This document shows positions 30,306-39,930 of a DNA stretch of 64,000 nucleotides, one piece after another. The notes below the pieces were generated by a model, which was not told the DNA's origin, did not search any database, and worked only from the letters and a program-made list of their open reading frames with translations. Origin of the DNA: a bacterium (GTDB lineage: Bacteria > Hinthialibacterota > Hinthialibacteria > Hinthialibacterales > Hinthialibacteraceae). Where the stretch lies: positions 1,504,001 to 1,568,000 of the forward strand of contig CAXXMV010000006.1 of the NCBI GenBank assembly GCA_963662285.2, in the 5' to 3' direction. Made by a program: the position numbers and the translations under genes. The first letter of the stretch is position 1, and each line of letters starts with the position of its first letter.

Positions 30306-31655
30306 ATGGATCGTAGAAAATTTTTACAAGCCAGCGCCGCTGGACTCGCAATGTCGTCTTTGAGTAGCCATGCCGCTGATTTCGATAGACAAAAAAAACG
30401 CAAAGTCGCTCTGATTGGCAGTGGATGGTATGGCAAAAGCGCTCTGCTCCGCGCCATCCAGGTGGCGCCAATAGATGTGGTCGCCCTGTGTGACGTCGAT
30501 AGCCAGATGGTGGCTGAAGCCGCTGAACTGGTTGCCACGCGGCAGCAATCCGGCAAGAAGCCCCGCACCTACGGTGATTTCCGCGAAATGCTTAAAAAGG
30601 AAGAACTGGATATCGTCCAGGTTTCAACCCCGGATCATTGGCATGCTCTAGCCGCCATCGCCGCCATGCAATCCGGCGCTGATGTATACGTCGAGAAACC
30701 CGTCAGCGTTGATGTTGTTGAAGGCCAGGCTATGGTGGCCGCCGCCAAGAAATATAAACGGGTAGTGCAGGTCGATACCCAAAGACGCAGCACTCCGCAT
30801 CTGATTGAAGCAAGGGATAACATCATCCGCGAAGGCAAACTGGGCAAGATCGCCTATGCCGAAGTCTGCTGTTATTATCACATGCGTAATCGCAACAAAC
30901 CTCAAGTCATTACGCCGCCTGCAACTTTAGATTACGATTTCTGGGCAGGTCCAGCGCCCAAGATTCCCTTCAATCCCAATATTCATCCGAGAAGCTGGCG
31001 CGCCTATATGGAATATAGTAATGGCATCATGGGCGATATGTGCATCCACATGTATGACATGGTGCGCTGGATGCTCGATTTGGGTTGGCCCAAGCGCATC
31101 AGTTCATCCGGAGGCATCCTGGTCGATAAGGAAAGCGTAGCCACTATCTCCGATACCCAGACCGCCACCTTCGACCATTGGGATAAGGATATAGTATGGA
31201 CCCACCGCACCTGGGGTTCCACGCCGGATAAAGATTACCCTTGGGGCGCCATTATATACGGCGACAAGGGAACCTTGAAATTAAGCGTTCATGGCTACGA
31301 TTTCATCCCTCAAGGCCGGGGCGAAAAAATCCGCAAGGACGTTACCTATGAATTAGAGCAATATCCCGAAGACAAAACCGAAAAAGATCTAGAAAAACAA
31401 TGCGCTCCAGCTCTCCGCGCTCATTGGAAGGATTTCCTTACCGCTGTTGATAACCGGACCAAGCCAGTCGCCACTATCGAAGAAGGCTTTATCTCCAGCG
31501 CCAGCTGCATCATGGCCAATATCGCCATGAAAGTTGGCCGCACCCTGGCCTGGGATCCAATCAAAGGCTGCATCATCGGAGACGATGAAGCCAACAAATT
31601 ACTCCAACGCCCCTACCGCAAACCCTGGGTGCACCCCACACCTGATAACATTTAA
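30306..31655 (+). CDS. Gfo/Idh/MocA oxidoreductase, Tat-exported
   Basis: MDRRKFL Tat signal, IGSGWYG, TPDHWH, VYVEKP. Confidence 0.93.
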   Translation: MDRRKFLQASAAGLAMSSLSSHAADFDRQKKRKVALIGSGWYGKSALLRAIQVAPIDVVALCDVDSQMVAEAAELVATRQQSGKKPRTYGDFREMLKKEELDIVQVSTPDHWHALAAIAAMQSGADVYVEKPVSVDVVEGQAMVAAAKKYKRVVQVDTQRRSTPHLIEARDNIIREGKLGKIAYAEVCCYYHMRNRNKPQVITPPATLDYDFWAGPAPKIPFNPNIHPRSWRAYMEYSNGIMGDMCIHMYDMVRWMLDLGWPKRISSSGGILVDKESVATISDTQTATFDHWDKDIVWTHRTWGSTPDKDYPWGAIIYGDKGTLKLSVHGYDFIPQGRGEKIRKDVTYELEQYPEDKTEKDLEKQCAPALRAHWKDFLTAVDNRTKPVATIEEGFISSASCIMANIAMKVGRTLAWDPIKGCIIGDDEANKLLQRPYRKPWVHPTPDNI

Positions 31656-31676
31656 GTGATAGTATTCATTGAGACT

Positions 31677-31710
31677 AACGGGCTATGCGAATAATTGCAT
31701 AGCCCGTTTT
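31677..31710 (+). terminator. Intrinsic terminator
   Basis: AACGGGCTATGCG-AATAAT-TGCATAGCCCGTTTT after the stop codon. Confidence 0.7.
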
Positions 31711-31876
31711 GGTTAATCGTTTTGATATTTCAAACAAGGGCTGCTGCGTCAACCTTGCGGCAGTTAATGTATTTGGTTAATTATATTGTTGATAATTTGT
31801 TATTTTAGGGCTAATATTTTGAGATATCTGATAAGTATTGTTTTGTTGCGTGATAAATGTCAAAGTGAGATATAAC

Positions 31877-32560
31877 ATGAATAGAAACAAACTAATCTTA
31901 TTTATATTGCTGATTATTCCTTTTTCTTTGAATAATTGTATTTTTATGCCGCGGAATAACTTGAAAGTTGATAAGCAGCGTCAAATTGAAGAAGATAGCC
32001 GTAATCAAATAATTGAAACAGATGATATTGTCTCGGCGACATCCGTTATAGTAACGGATAATAAACACCCGACAATATTCTCTAGAAAATTATACGAAAA
32101 GGAAGCTTATGCAAAAAGAGATTTTGTTTTGAATCAATTAAAAAAGATGAGAAAACTGGAAAAAGTTTTTGGTAAAGTAACCCATTATCAGGATAATGGT
32201 GACAAATTATCTGTAGATGTCTTCAACAGAAAAGGAAAGATGCTTGGGAAACTGTGCTACATGAATGACTATTGGGTTCACCAATATGTGGAATGGGATA
32301 AAGGGAAACAAAATGGTTTAACGGCATTTTTTACAAAAGATCATAATCCCTATCAGATATATACATTCAAAGATAATAAACTGGATGGTCCGATCTATGA
32401 GTTTGTAAAAGAGGGATCAAGAAAAGGAACTCTGATTCGATATATTGAAATGAAGAATCATTCGTATATGGGATTGTGTCTTGGTTGGAGTGAGGATGGC
32501 GAAATCCTTGATGAATCGAGATTGATAACAGAACCAAAGCCATATTATGGCCTGCCATAA
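31877..32560 (+). CDS. AT-rich exported protein with MORN-variant (YwqK-like) repeats
   Basis: Hydrophobic N-terminus with Cys; repeats EWDKGKQNG, FKDNKLDG, MKNHSYMG...WSEDG. Confidence 0.65.
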   Translation: MNRNKLILFILLIIPFSLNNCIFMPRNNLKVDKQRQIEEDSRNQIIETDDIVSATSVIVTDNKHPTIFSRKLYEKEAYAKRDFVLNQLKKMRKLEKVFGKVTHYQDNGDKLSVDVFNRKGKMLGKLCYMNDYWVHQYVEWDKGKQNGLTAFFTKDHNPYQIYTFKDNKLDGPIYEFVKEGSRKGTLIRYIEMKNHSYMGLCLGWSEDGEILDESRLITEPKPYYGLP

Positions 32561-32596
32561 AGATTATAAATTAAGACTTTTCGCTTAACAAAAGCG

Positions 32597-32660
32597 CGTA
32601 GGATGGGACAAAGCAAAAAAAAACTTTTCTCTCAAAATCACCTCTGCAGCGTGTCTCATC
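32597..32660 (+). repeat. REP family B variant interrupted by a ~30-nt insertion
   Basis: CGTAGGATGGGACAAAGC...CAGCGTGTCTCATC compared with the intact copy at 39873-39906 (reverse). Confidence 0.7.
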
Positions 32661-32778
32661 CGCCTTCGCTTAAGAGCATTCTCGTAATCTAATCATAAAT
32701 GGCCTGATTCCATTGGACTCCAGTTTAACGCATGTTATTATTAGAGATACTAAATATCTAATAATAAAAGAGTCCATT

Positions 32779-33660
32779 ATGATCCATACCCGACGACAAT
32801 TCCTGCTGACATCGATAACTTCACTGCTAGTTCCGCAATCTCTCTTTGCCGGACAGAATCCTAAATTATCTTTTGGGATGCTCACTGACGCGCATTATTG
32901 CGAAGCGGAGGCGCGGGGGACGCGTTATTACCGGGAATCAATAAAAAAAATGCGTGAATGCATCAGCGAAATGAATCAACAGAAAGTTGATTTTGTGGTT
33001 GAACTGGGAGATATGAAAGATCAGGATTCGCCGCCGGTTGAATCTCAAACCATTAAATATTTGCAGGCCATCGAAGCGGAATTTCAGAAATTCGACGGTT
33101 CCCGGTATCACGCCCTCGGCAACCATGATATGGACAGCATATCGAAGAAGCAATTCCTGACGAACATTGATAATACTGGAATCGCCCAGGATAAATCATA
33201 CTACTCCTTCGATAAAGGCGGTCTGCATTGCATCGTTCTGGACGCCAATTTCACCAGCAAAGGCGTCCCCTATGATCATGGCAATTTTGATTGGACTGAC
33301 GCCAATATCCCACAGCAAGAACAGGACTGGCTCCAAAATGATTTAAGCAATACTAATAAACCCGTAATTGTGTTTCTTCATCAACTACTTGACGGCGAGG
33401 GAAGCGTGTTTATCAAAAACGCGGTGCAAGTACGTAAAATCCTTGAAGCATCAAACAAGGTTATAGCAGTCTTCCAGGGACACCATCATGCTGGACAATA
33501 CAACCATATCAATAAGATTCATTACGTAACCCTGAAAGCTATCATCGAAGGCGCTGGAGAGGAAAACAATGCTTTTGTTATAGCAAATTTCGAGCAGGAT
33601 CGTATAGTTATAAAAGGCTACCGCAAAGCGGTTTCGAGAAAACTTGAGTTAAACAGTTAA
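32779..33660 (+). CDS. Calcineurin-like metallophosphoesterase, Tat-exported
   Basis: TRRQFL; DAH, LGD, GNHD, FLH and GHHH motifs. Confidence 0.92.
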   Translation: MIHTRRQFLLTSITSLLVPQSLFAGQNPKLSFGMLTDAHYCEAEARGTRYYRESIKKMRECISEMNQQKVDFVVELGDMKDQDSPPVESQTIKYLQAIEAEFQKFDGSRYHALGNHDMDSISKKQFLTNIDNTGIAQDKSYYSFDKGGLHCIVLDANFTSKGVPYDHGNFDWTDANIPQQEQDWLQNDLSNTNKPVIVFLHQLLDGEGSVFIKNAVQVRKILEASNKVIAVFQGHHHAGQYNHINKIHYVTLKAIIEGAGEENNAFVIANFEQDRIVIKGYRKAVSRKLELNS

Positions 33661-33679
33661 CCAATAAGCGAGAGAAATC

Positions 33680-35059
33680 ATGAAAAGACGGGATTTCCTG
33701 AAAACCTCCGGCGCCTTTGCTGGTCTAATGACTATCAGTCCATTTACGAAAGCCAGTCAAGAACAACCTGATCGACCCAACATCATTTACATTATGGCTG
33801 ATGATCTCGGCTATGGCGACTTGGGATGCTATGGCCAGAAACTGGTTAAAACTCCCTATATAGACTGCTTGGCGCAAGAGGGGATGCTATTCACCCAGCA
33901 TTATTCCGGCAGCACCGTCTGCGCTCCTTCCCGGTGCAGTCTTATGACTGGATATCATACCGGGCATACCTTCATCCGGGGCAATAAAGAAATTCAGCCT
34001 GAAGGACAATACCCTATACCCAAAGACACTTATACTGTCGCCAAACTGATGAAAAATGCCGGTTATAAAACGGGTATAGTAGGCAAGTGGGGGCTGGGCG
34101 CTCCGGATTCTGATGGCGCTCCCAATAAGCAGGGATTCGACTATTGGTTCGGCGTGAATTGCCAGCGACAGGCGCATCGTTACTACCCCACTCATCTTTG
34201 GGAAAACACAACAAAAATTGAACTGGGCGGCAAAAAATACTCTCATGATTTGATGACCGAAAAAGTTCTCCAGTTTCTGGATGATAGCAAGGATGCGCCC
34301 TTCTTCCTTTATCTGCCATACACCATTCCTCATGCTGAACTGAATGTTCCTGAAGATTCCATGAAACCATACCGGGGCAAATTCGAAGAAAAATCATTCC
34401 CCGGCGCTGGCAACTATGGCGCAACCGATGAACCTAGAGCGGCTTTTGCAGGTATGGTTTCGCGCATGGACCGGGATGTCGGGCGTATCATGAGTAAACT
34501 GAAAACCTTAGGTATTGACGATAACACCCTGATTCTCTTCACCAGCGATAACGGCCCCCATAAAGAAGGCGGCCACGATCCTGAGTATTTTAATAGCAAT
34601 GGACCACTACGCGGCGTTAAACGCGACCTCTACGAAGGCGGCATCCGCGTACCGATGATCGCCCGTTGGCCTAAGACGATTAAACCTGGAACCAAATGCG
34701 ACCATATCTCCGCTTTCTGGGATTTCATGCCCACCTGCGCTGAACTGGCTGGCGCCAAGATTCCTCAAGGCATCGATGGCATCTCCTATGCTCCCGTTCT
34801 TTCCGGCAAGCCGGAAAAACAAAAGACGCACGAATTTATGTACTGGGAATTCCATGAAAGAGGTTTAACTCAGGCTGTCCGTATGGGAGACTGGAAGGCT
34901 TTTAGTCCGGGCAAAGGTAAACCACTGGAACTTTATAATCTCAAAAATGATATTGGAGAGCAAAACAACATCGCTGAAAAACATCCGGATATCATCAAGA
35001 AAATTGAGAATTATATAAAATCAGCCCGTACCGAATCCGAAGTATTTCCAGTGAAATAA
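33680..35059 (+). CDS. Arylsulfatase (formylglycine-dependent), Tat-exported
   Basis: MKRRDFL; ADDLGYGD; CAPSRCSLMTG; GKW; SDNG. Confidence 0.95.
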   Translation: MKRRDFLKTSGAFAGLMTISPFTKASQEQPDRPNIIYIMADDLGYGDLGCYGQKLVKTPYIDCLAQEGMLFTQHYSGSTVCAPSRCSLMTGYHTGHTFIRGNKEIQPEGQYPIPKDTYTVAKLMKNAGYKTGIVGKWGLGAPDSDGAPNKQGFDYWFGVNCQRQAHRYYPTHLWENTTKIELGGKKYSHDLMTEKVLQFLDDSKDAPFFLYLPYTIPHAELNVPEDSMKPYRGKFEEKSFPGAGNYGATDEPRAAFAGMVSRMDRDVGRIMSKLKTLGIDDNTLILFTSDNGPHKEGGHDPEYFNSNGPLRGVKRDLYEGGIRVPMIARWPKTIKPGTKCDHISAFWDFMPTCAELAGAKIPQGIDGISYAPVLSGKPEKQKTHEFMYWEFHERGLTQAVRMGDWKAFSPGKGKPLELYNLKNDIGEQNNIAEKHPDIIKKIENYIKSARTESEVFPVK

Positions 35060-35091
35060 TCATCCTCCATATTTTTGAGGATGATTTTTTC
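35059..35091 (+). terminator. Intrinsic terminator
   Basis: ATCATCCTC-loop-GAGGATGAT followed by a T-run. Confidence 0.6.
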
Positions 35092-35215
35092 CCGAAAATC
35101 CAATTATGCAGTTTGATTATTGTTTTAAGGTGATAGAATTATATGTATTATATGACATAATGTATTGAATTATTGTGAATAATATTATTGGAAGTCGACT
35201 TTATAATAAGGTGAA

Positions 35216-35881
35216 ATGAAGATTATGAATAAACCCTCCCATAAGTCGATACAGGAAAATGGTTTTGGAAATTGCCGTTGGTGCGGCGCGGAGGATATTC
35301 GTCTACAATATCTGATGTGTCCTAATTGTTTTAAGATGTCCAACAAGGTGCCTTCCAAGGCAATGGTGCTTTTGAATAAACCGGAAATTAAGCAGAAATT
35401 GGGCGAAAAAGGCGCGACTCTTACTACTTTCACTCCAGAACTGCGTAAATTTATTACCGGAGAAGAGACCAATTTTCCACCAGAAAAAGACGATATTTCT
35501 CACTGGACTCTGATGCAAGAGGTCGCGCAGAAAAATGTAGAACAGAAAGATATTCAATTCTATATCAGAGAGATGGTTAAGAAAGCGGGATATCCATTAC
35601 CCCCGACTGATGAAGAACTTTTCAAAATCATCGGATTAGAATGCATGTTGCGCTTTATTATCCGTAGTTTGGTGCAACGTGGAGAATTGAAAATTGGTCT
35701 TGATCTGGACGAAGATGAGTTTCTTGATGATTTGCAAGAAAAGTGCATGGATGCCACTGTTCTAAAAGAAGATCAAGCAGATTGGAAACCGCAGGAAACA
35801 GCAGTTCAAACAATACTTGGCGCCGACGATAAAAAAGGTATGAACGTCCGCGATATCATCATGAAAAAATATGGCCGCTGA
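35216..35881 (+). CDS. Hypothetical protein with N-terminal CxxC...CxxC zinc ribbon
   Basis: CRWC-x11-CPNC; AAGGTG RBS. Confidence 0.7.
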   Translation: MKIMNKPSHKSIQENGFGNCRWCGAEDIRLQYLMCPNCFKMSNKVPSKAMVLLNKPEIKQKLGEKGATLTTFTPELRKFITGEETNFPPEKDDISHWTLMQEVAQKNVEQKDIQFYIREMVKKAGYPLPPTDEELFKIIGLECMLRFIIRSLVQRGELKIGLDLDEDEFLDDLQEKCMDATVLKEDQADWKPQETAVQTILGADDKKGMNVRDIIMKKYGR

Positions 35882-35893
35882 TTTGAGCGCCAA

Positions 35894-36262
35894 TCATCTT
35901 TTCAAATGCTTAACAACTGTATTTTCCAGAAGTTCCATTGAGAAAGGCTTGGGCAGGATGCCTTGAGCCTTATTCTCTATAAGAACATCATCGGTAAGGG
36001 TTTGGCTTAAACCACTGGAAATCAAAACCGGCGTGTCAGAAATTTCACGGATTTGCTTCAAGCAGGAAAAACCATCAACTCTAGGCATAGATATATCAAG
36101 AATTACAATATCAATCTCGTCTTGATGAGACTTGAAAAGTTCAAATGCCTGTTCCCCATCATTCGCAGTGATAACTTTATATTGCATGAGCTCGAACATA
36201 GCCTTCGCTACATCAAGCACCATAAATTCATCATCCGCTATTAAAATGGTTGCTTTCGCCAT
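35894..36262 (-). CDS. Single-domain response regulator receiver
   Basis: ILIADDE, LDISMP..DG, SSG, KPF. Confidence 0.93.
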   Translation of the reverse strand: MAKATILIADDEFMVLDVAKAMFELMQYKVITANDGEQAFELFKSHQDEIDIVILDISMPRVDGFSCLKQIREISDTPVLISSGLSQTLTDDVLIENKAQGILPKPFSMELLENTVVKHLKR

Positions 36263-36428
36263 AATATTACCAGACTCTGGTTGATTAAAATCAAGTAAAA
36301 AGCGCCTATGAAAATTATACTCGTTATTATCGTTTTGACTTAAAAAAATTCGCCTTTTAAGTCTTGCTCAAATTGCTAATCAGTAAGTTATTATCAAAAT
36401 CACTCTAAAGGATTACAATAGTCCATAC

Positions 36429-36542
36429 TAGAGCGATTCTCAAAATAACGTGCGCCGATGCGGTTGTTAAAAGTCACCCAAAAACAGGACTTTTAACAAA
36501 TCCAATGTTTTCCATGCGCATATGTTTTTGTTAACCGCTATA
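36429..36542. mobile_element. MITE-like element with TA(G/T)AGCG.TT ends
   Basis: Imperfect TIRs TAGAGCGATTCTCAAAA / TTTTGTTAACCGCTATA, internal hairpin TTGTTAAAAGTC...GACTTTTAACAA; related ends at 60791-60842. Confidence 0.5.
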
Positions 36543-36590
36543 ACTATAATTTTAGGCTTACTATAAAATAAATACTATATAATGATGATT

Positions 36591-36778
36591 CGTAACAGGT
36601 CAGCCATATGAAGTAGTAACACTATAACTATGTTTTATACAAGGCTTTTTTATTAAAATTCTCCCCCCAAGTTTTGGGGGGAGTTAGAGGGGGGTTGCGT
36701 TTCAGCGAATCAACCCCCACCTAACCTCCCCCAGGCTTGGGGGAGGGATAACGCATTTCAATTGGCTGATCAGTTACG
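36591..36778. mobile_element. MITE with 15-bp TIRs and 6-bp target duplication, carrying a family C REP pair
   Basis: CGTAACAGGTCAGCC / GGCTGATCAGTTACG (13 of 15 match), flanked by ATGATT direct repeats at 36585-36590 and 36779-36784. Confidence 0.7.
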
Positions 36779-37288
36779 ATGATTCTATGACGATAAACTC
36801 ACTATGTATAGTGTTTGATTTATATTTTAGATAGTTTTACAGTAAAATAGTGATTTGATAAATTTTGTATAAGTAATTCGATAGAATTTCTGGTTGATAG
36901 ATTAAGAATTTATATTACTAACAAGATGAAAACATACTGAATGAATAATATGCTTATAATATAATATTGATATATTAGGTCTGTGAAAAAGCCTTAAAAA
37001 GGTTGAATTTTTAGAATTGCGAATCAGAAATCTATCTTGAAAACTACTCTAAGTGAATCTTATTGATAAAAGCATATATAAATCCTTAAGACAACCTGTT
37101 AAAAGCATTGCATAATAGTAAAAGTGCTGGCACGATAATATATATAGATCGGTTCTCAAAAATATGTTCTTCCATAATCGCGCTTTGTCTTTATATAAAG
37201 CCATACTTTTCTGACATCTTCGAAACGCATATAAGAACATTATTATGAAAATATCTACAAGTCCTAAGTAAACTATTTGGAGGATGCA

Positions 37289-38347
37289 GTGAATCAACCC
37301 GCTGTTGTGCAATATGCCTTAAAAGAACGATCAGTGGAATTAAGAGAATCTTCCATTCCTGAACCATCACACAAAAGCGTTGTTGTTAAGATTGCTGGAG
37401 CAGGGATATGCGGCACCGATGTTCATCAATATCTCAATGAGCATTCCTGGCCGATCAGTGTTCCGGTCATCATGGGGCACGAATTCAGCGGTATTATCCA
37501 AGATGTAGGTAAAGGCGTATCCAATTTCGCTCCCGGAGATCGCGTAGTTTGCGAAACTTCAGCAGTAATCTGCGGCGAATGTAGTTATTGTAGAACCGGT
37601 CAATACCAATATTGTGAGCATAGAAGGAGTTTTGGTCAGTTATTAGACGGTGGATTTACTCAGTATGTTGATGTCCCGGTTCATTGTCTGCATAGGGTGC
37701 CCAAGAATCTGCCGCTTCATATTGCAGCGTTGACTGAACCAACCTGCGTCTCGTATAACGCAACCGTAGTCCATGCTGATATACGGCCTGGAAAAAGCGT
37801 CGCTGTTTTAGGATGCGGAGCGGTTGGATTAACCTGCGTCCAGCTGGCGAAAATGCAGGGCGGTTATCCCATCATTCTTACTGGTTTGGCGCGTGATAAA
37901 ACCCGCTTGGAAATGGGTAAAAGAATGGGCGCCGATTACACCATTGCGGTTGATGAAGATAATTTACTGGAGAAAATCAATCAGATACGGGATGGTTTAG
38001 GCATCGATGTGGTGATAGATCTTTCAGGGCGTAATCAATCTCTTCGTGATGCTATTCATATCGTTCGTCCTCAAGGACAGATAATAAGAGCAGGATGGGG
38101 GCCTGGAGCTTACAATTTCTCTCTAGACCCTTTAGTGCATAAAGGCGTCCGGCTTGAGGGAGTTTTCAGTCATAATTGGGAAATATGGAATCAATCTATC
38201 AGGCTAATGGCTTCAGGACGTCTCGATCTATCGGAAATGTCGGTTATCCGGTTGCCTATTGAACGCTGGCAGGAGGGTTTTGAAGGCATGTGCGAGGCGC
38301 GATTGATCAAAGTTATTATCGAACCCAATGGCCAGATTGATGATTAG
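37289..38347 (+). CDS. Zinc-dependent alcohol/sugar dehydrogenase (MDR family)
   Basis: GICGTD, GHEFSG, C..C..C.......C structural Zn site, GCGAVG. Confidence 0.93.
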   Translation: MNQPAVVQYALKERSVELRESSIPEPSHKSVVVKIAGAGICGTDVHQYLNEHSWPISVPVIMGHEFSGIIQDVGKGVSNFAPGDRVVCETSAVICGECSYCRTGQYQYCEHRRSFGQLLDGGFTQYVDVPVHCLHRVPKNLPLHIAALTEPTCVSYNATVVHADIRPGKSVAVLGCGAVGLTCVQLAKMQGGYPIILTGLARDKTRLEMGKRMGADYTIAVDEDNLLEKINQIRDGLGIDVVIDLSGRNQSLRDAIHIVRPQGQIIRAGWGPGAYNFSLDPLVHKGVRLEGVFSHNWEIWNQSIRLMASGRLDLSEMSVIRLPIERWQEGFEGMCEARLIKVIIEPNGQIDD

Positions 38348-38609
38348 CTAAGGCTTAATAATAAATGCTTTATAATCCTGTTCTTCTTTTTGAGGGGCAG
38401 GATTTATTTATATAGAGTAATAATATTTGGACAATTTTAACCTCATTTCTGACTTGTAATATTCAATTGAGATACAAAATATAAATTAAAATTAATATGA
38501 AGTAGACTAAACCATTCGTTTTGAGATACCGTCTTAATATGTTGAAAGAGGAATTTCAGAACGTTTTTGTTAATATTTATATTATAGTTTATCGCTTCGG
38601 GAGTCAGAT

Positions 38610-39203
38610 ATGCGATCTGAACAGGATTTGGTGGAAGGCGTCAAGCAACAGGATCCGGGGATTTTTGAAGAGTTCGTACGCCGCTATCAACAACGGGTCT
38701 ATTTCACATCATTACGCATGATGGGCAAGCGCGAAGACGCCCTTGATGCGGCGCAGGATATATTTCTTAAAATCTGGAAATACGCTCCGAAATTGCAGGA
38801 TGCTGTTGTGCTGGAACGCTGGGTTTACCGCGTGACCATAAACGCCTGTATAGATCGCCTACGCAGCAGAAACGTTCATGAATCTCATCTAAATAAAAAT
38901 AATGTTTTAATGTTCTCGCTGGCAGAACCTGGCATGAATCCACGGGATTATGCTCGAAGATTGGAAGATTTGGGTAATGTCAGAGAAGCGTTGGATGGTT
39001 TGACTGAACGTCAACGGGCAATATTTGTATTGCGGCATTTCCAGAACTTGAAAATCAAAGAGATTGCTGAAGTCATGTCTATGCCGCTTGGAACGGTTAA
39101 GGCTACCCTTCATCAGGCCTTTTATAAATTAAAGGAATTATTGAGCGACGTCGTCGTCGAACAACCGGAAAGAAAAATTGATGACACCGAACAAACCGGT
39201 TAA
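38610..39203 (+). CDS. ECF sigma-70 factor
   Basis: Region 2 DAAQDIF...WVYRVTINACIDRLR; region 4 LTERQRAIFVL...EIAEVM..PLGTVK. Confidence 0.93.
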   Translation: MRSEQDLVEGVKQQDPGIFEEFVRRYQQRVYFTSLRMMGKREDALDAAQDIFLKIWKYAPKLQDAVVLERWVYRVTINACIDRLRSRNVHESHLNKNNVLMFSLAEPGMNPRDYARRLEDLGNVREALDGLTERQRAIFVLRHFQNLKIKEIAEVMSMPLGTVKATLHQAFYKLKELLSDVVVEQPERKIDDTEQTG

Positions 39204-39220
39204 ATCAGGGGAGGCGATTG

Positions 39221-39751
39221 ATGCGATTTAAATGCGATGACTTAAAAGAACGCTGGCCGGAATATATCTACCGCGAACTTCCAGAACACGAACAATCATT
39301 ATTCGTCCATCATCTTGATGAATGCGAAGATTGCAGGGCTGAAGAGCGTCAATGGCGCGGCATGTTGTCGGAATTCGATTCGATCGTGTTGTTTGATGAT
39401 AGCATGGAAGCTCCCACCGAGTTGCTATACCGGGTCAAGCGCCAGATTCGGTTTTATGAAGAGTGGTCGAAAAAGCAGAAACAATCAATGCGTAAATGGA
39501 TCATTGGCGCTGCAGCCGCTTGCGCTCTGATAATCTTCGGGCTGTGGGGCGCATATCAAAACCAGTTGGATGCCCGGCTCAGCGCTAAAGAGAATTCTAC
39601 ATTTCAACCAATCAAAGCCTCTATTATTGATTCTATATACGATCCCGACATTGTTATTCAATACCATGAGCATGAGATATTGCAAAAGCCAAAGAAGGTC
39701 GACGCCTCGGTTGATGAGAAAGAGAAAGAGCCAACCGAAGAGAATAAATAG
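39221..39751 (+). CDS. Zinc-binding (HxxxCxxC) transmembrane anti-sigma factor
   Basis: HLDECEDC, single TM helix, directly after the ECF gene. Confidence 0.88.
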   Translation: MRFKCDDLKERWPEYIYRELPEHEQSLFVHHLDECEDCRAEERQWRGMLSEFDSIVLFDDSMEAPTELLYRVKRQIRFYEEWSKKQKQSMRKWIIGAAAACALIIFGLWGAYQNQLDARLSAKENSTFQPIKASIIDSIYDPDIVIQYHEHEILQKPKKVDASVDEKEKEPTEENK

Positions 39752-39761
39752 GTGGTGGTGA

Positions 39762-39906
39762 GTCGTCCCCTCTCCCGGCGGGAGAGGGTGAGGGAGAATT
39801 TTTAATTACTTAAGTGGTTGACGGTGGGCTACGCTTCGCTTTTAGCCCACCCTACGGGATTTAACTTAAAAAGATGGGACACGCTGTCGCTTTGTCCCAT
39901 CCTACG
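39762..39906 (-). repeat. Composite REP unit (CCCTCTCCC/GGGAGAGGG hairpin + family B) plus a second B variant
   Basis: 39762-39860 is directly repeated at 40988-41092; extra B variant at 39873-39906. Confidence 0.85.
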
Positions 39907-39930
39907 GGGGATCTACTCTAGGAGAAAAAA

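Noticed and set aside
37049-37312. 87-aa minus-strand ORF and other short antisense or overlapping ORFs in the track
   Set aside because: They overlap well-supported genes or AT-rich promoter DNA and show no RBS or motif support.
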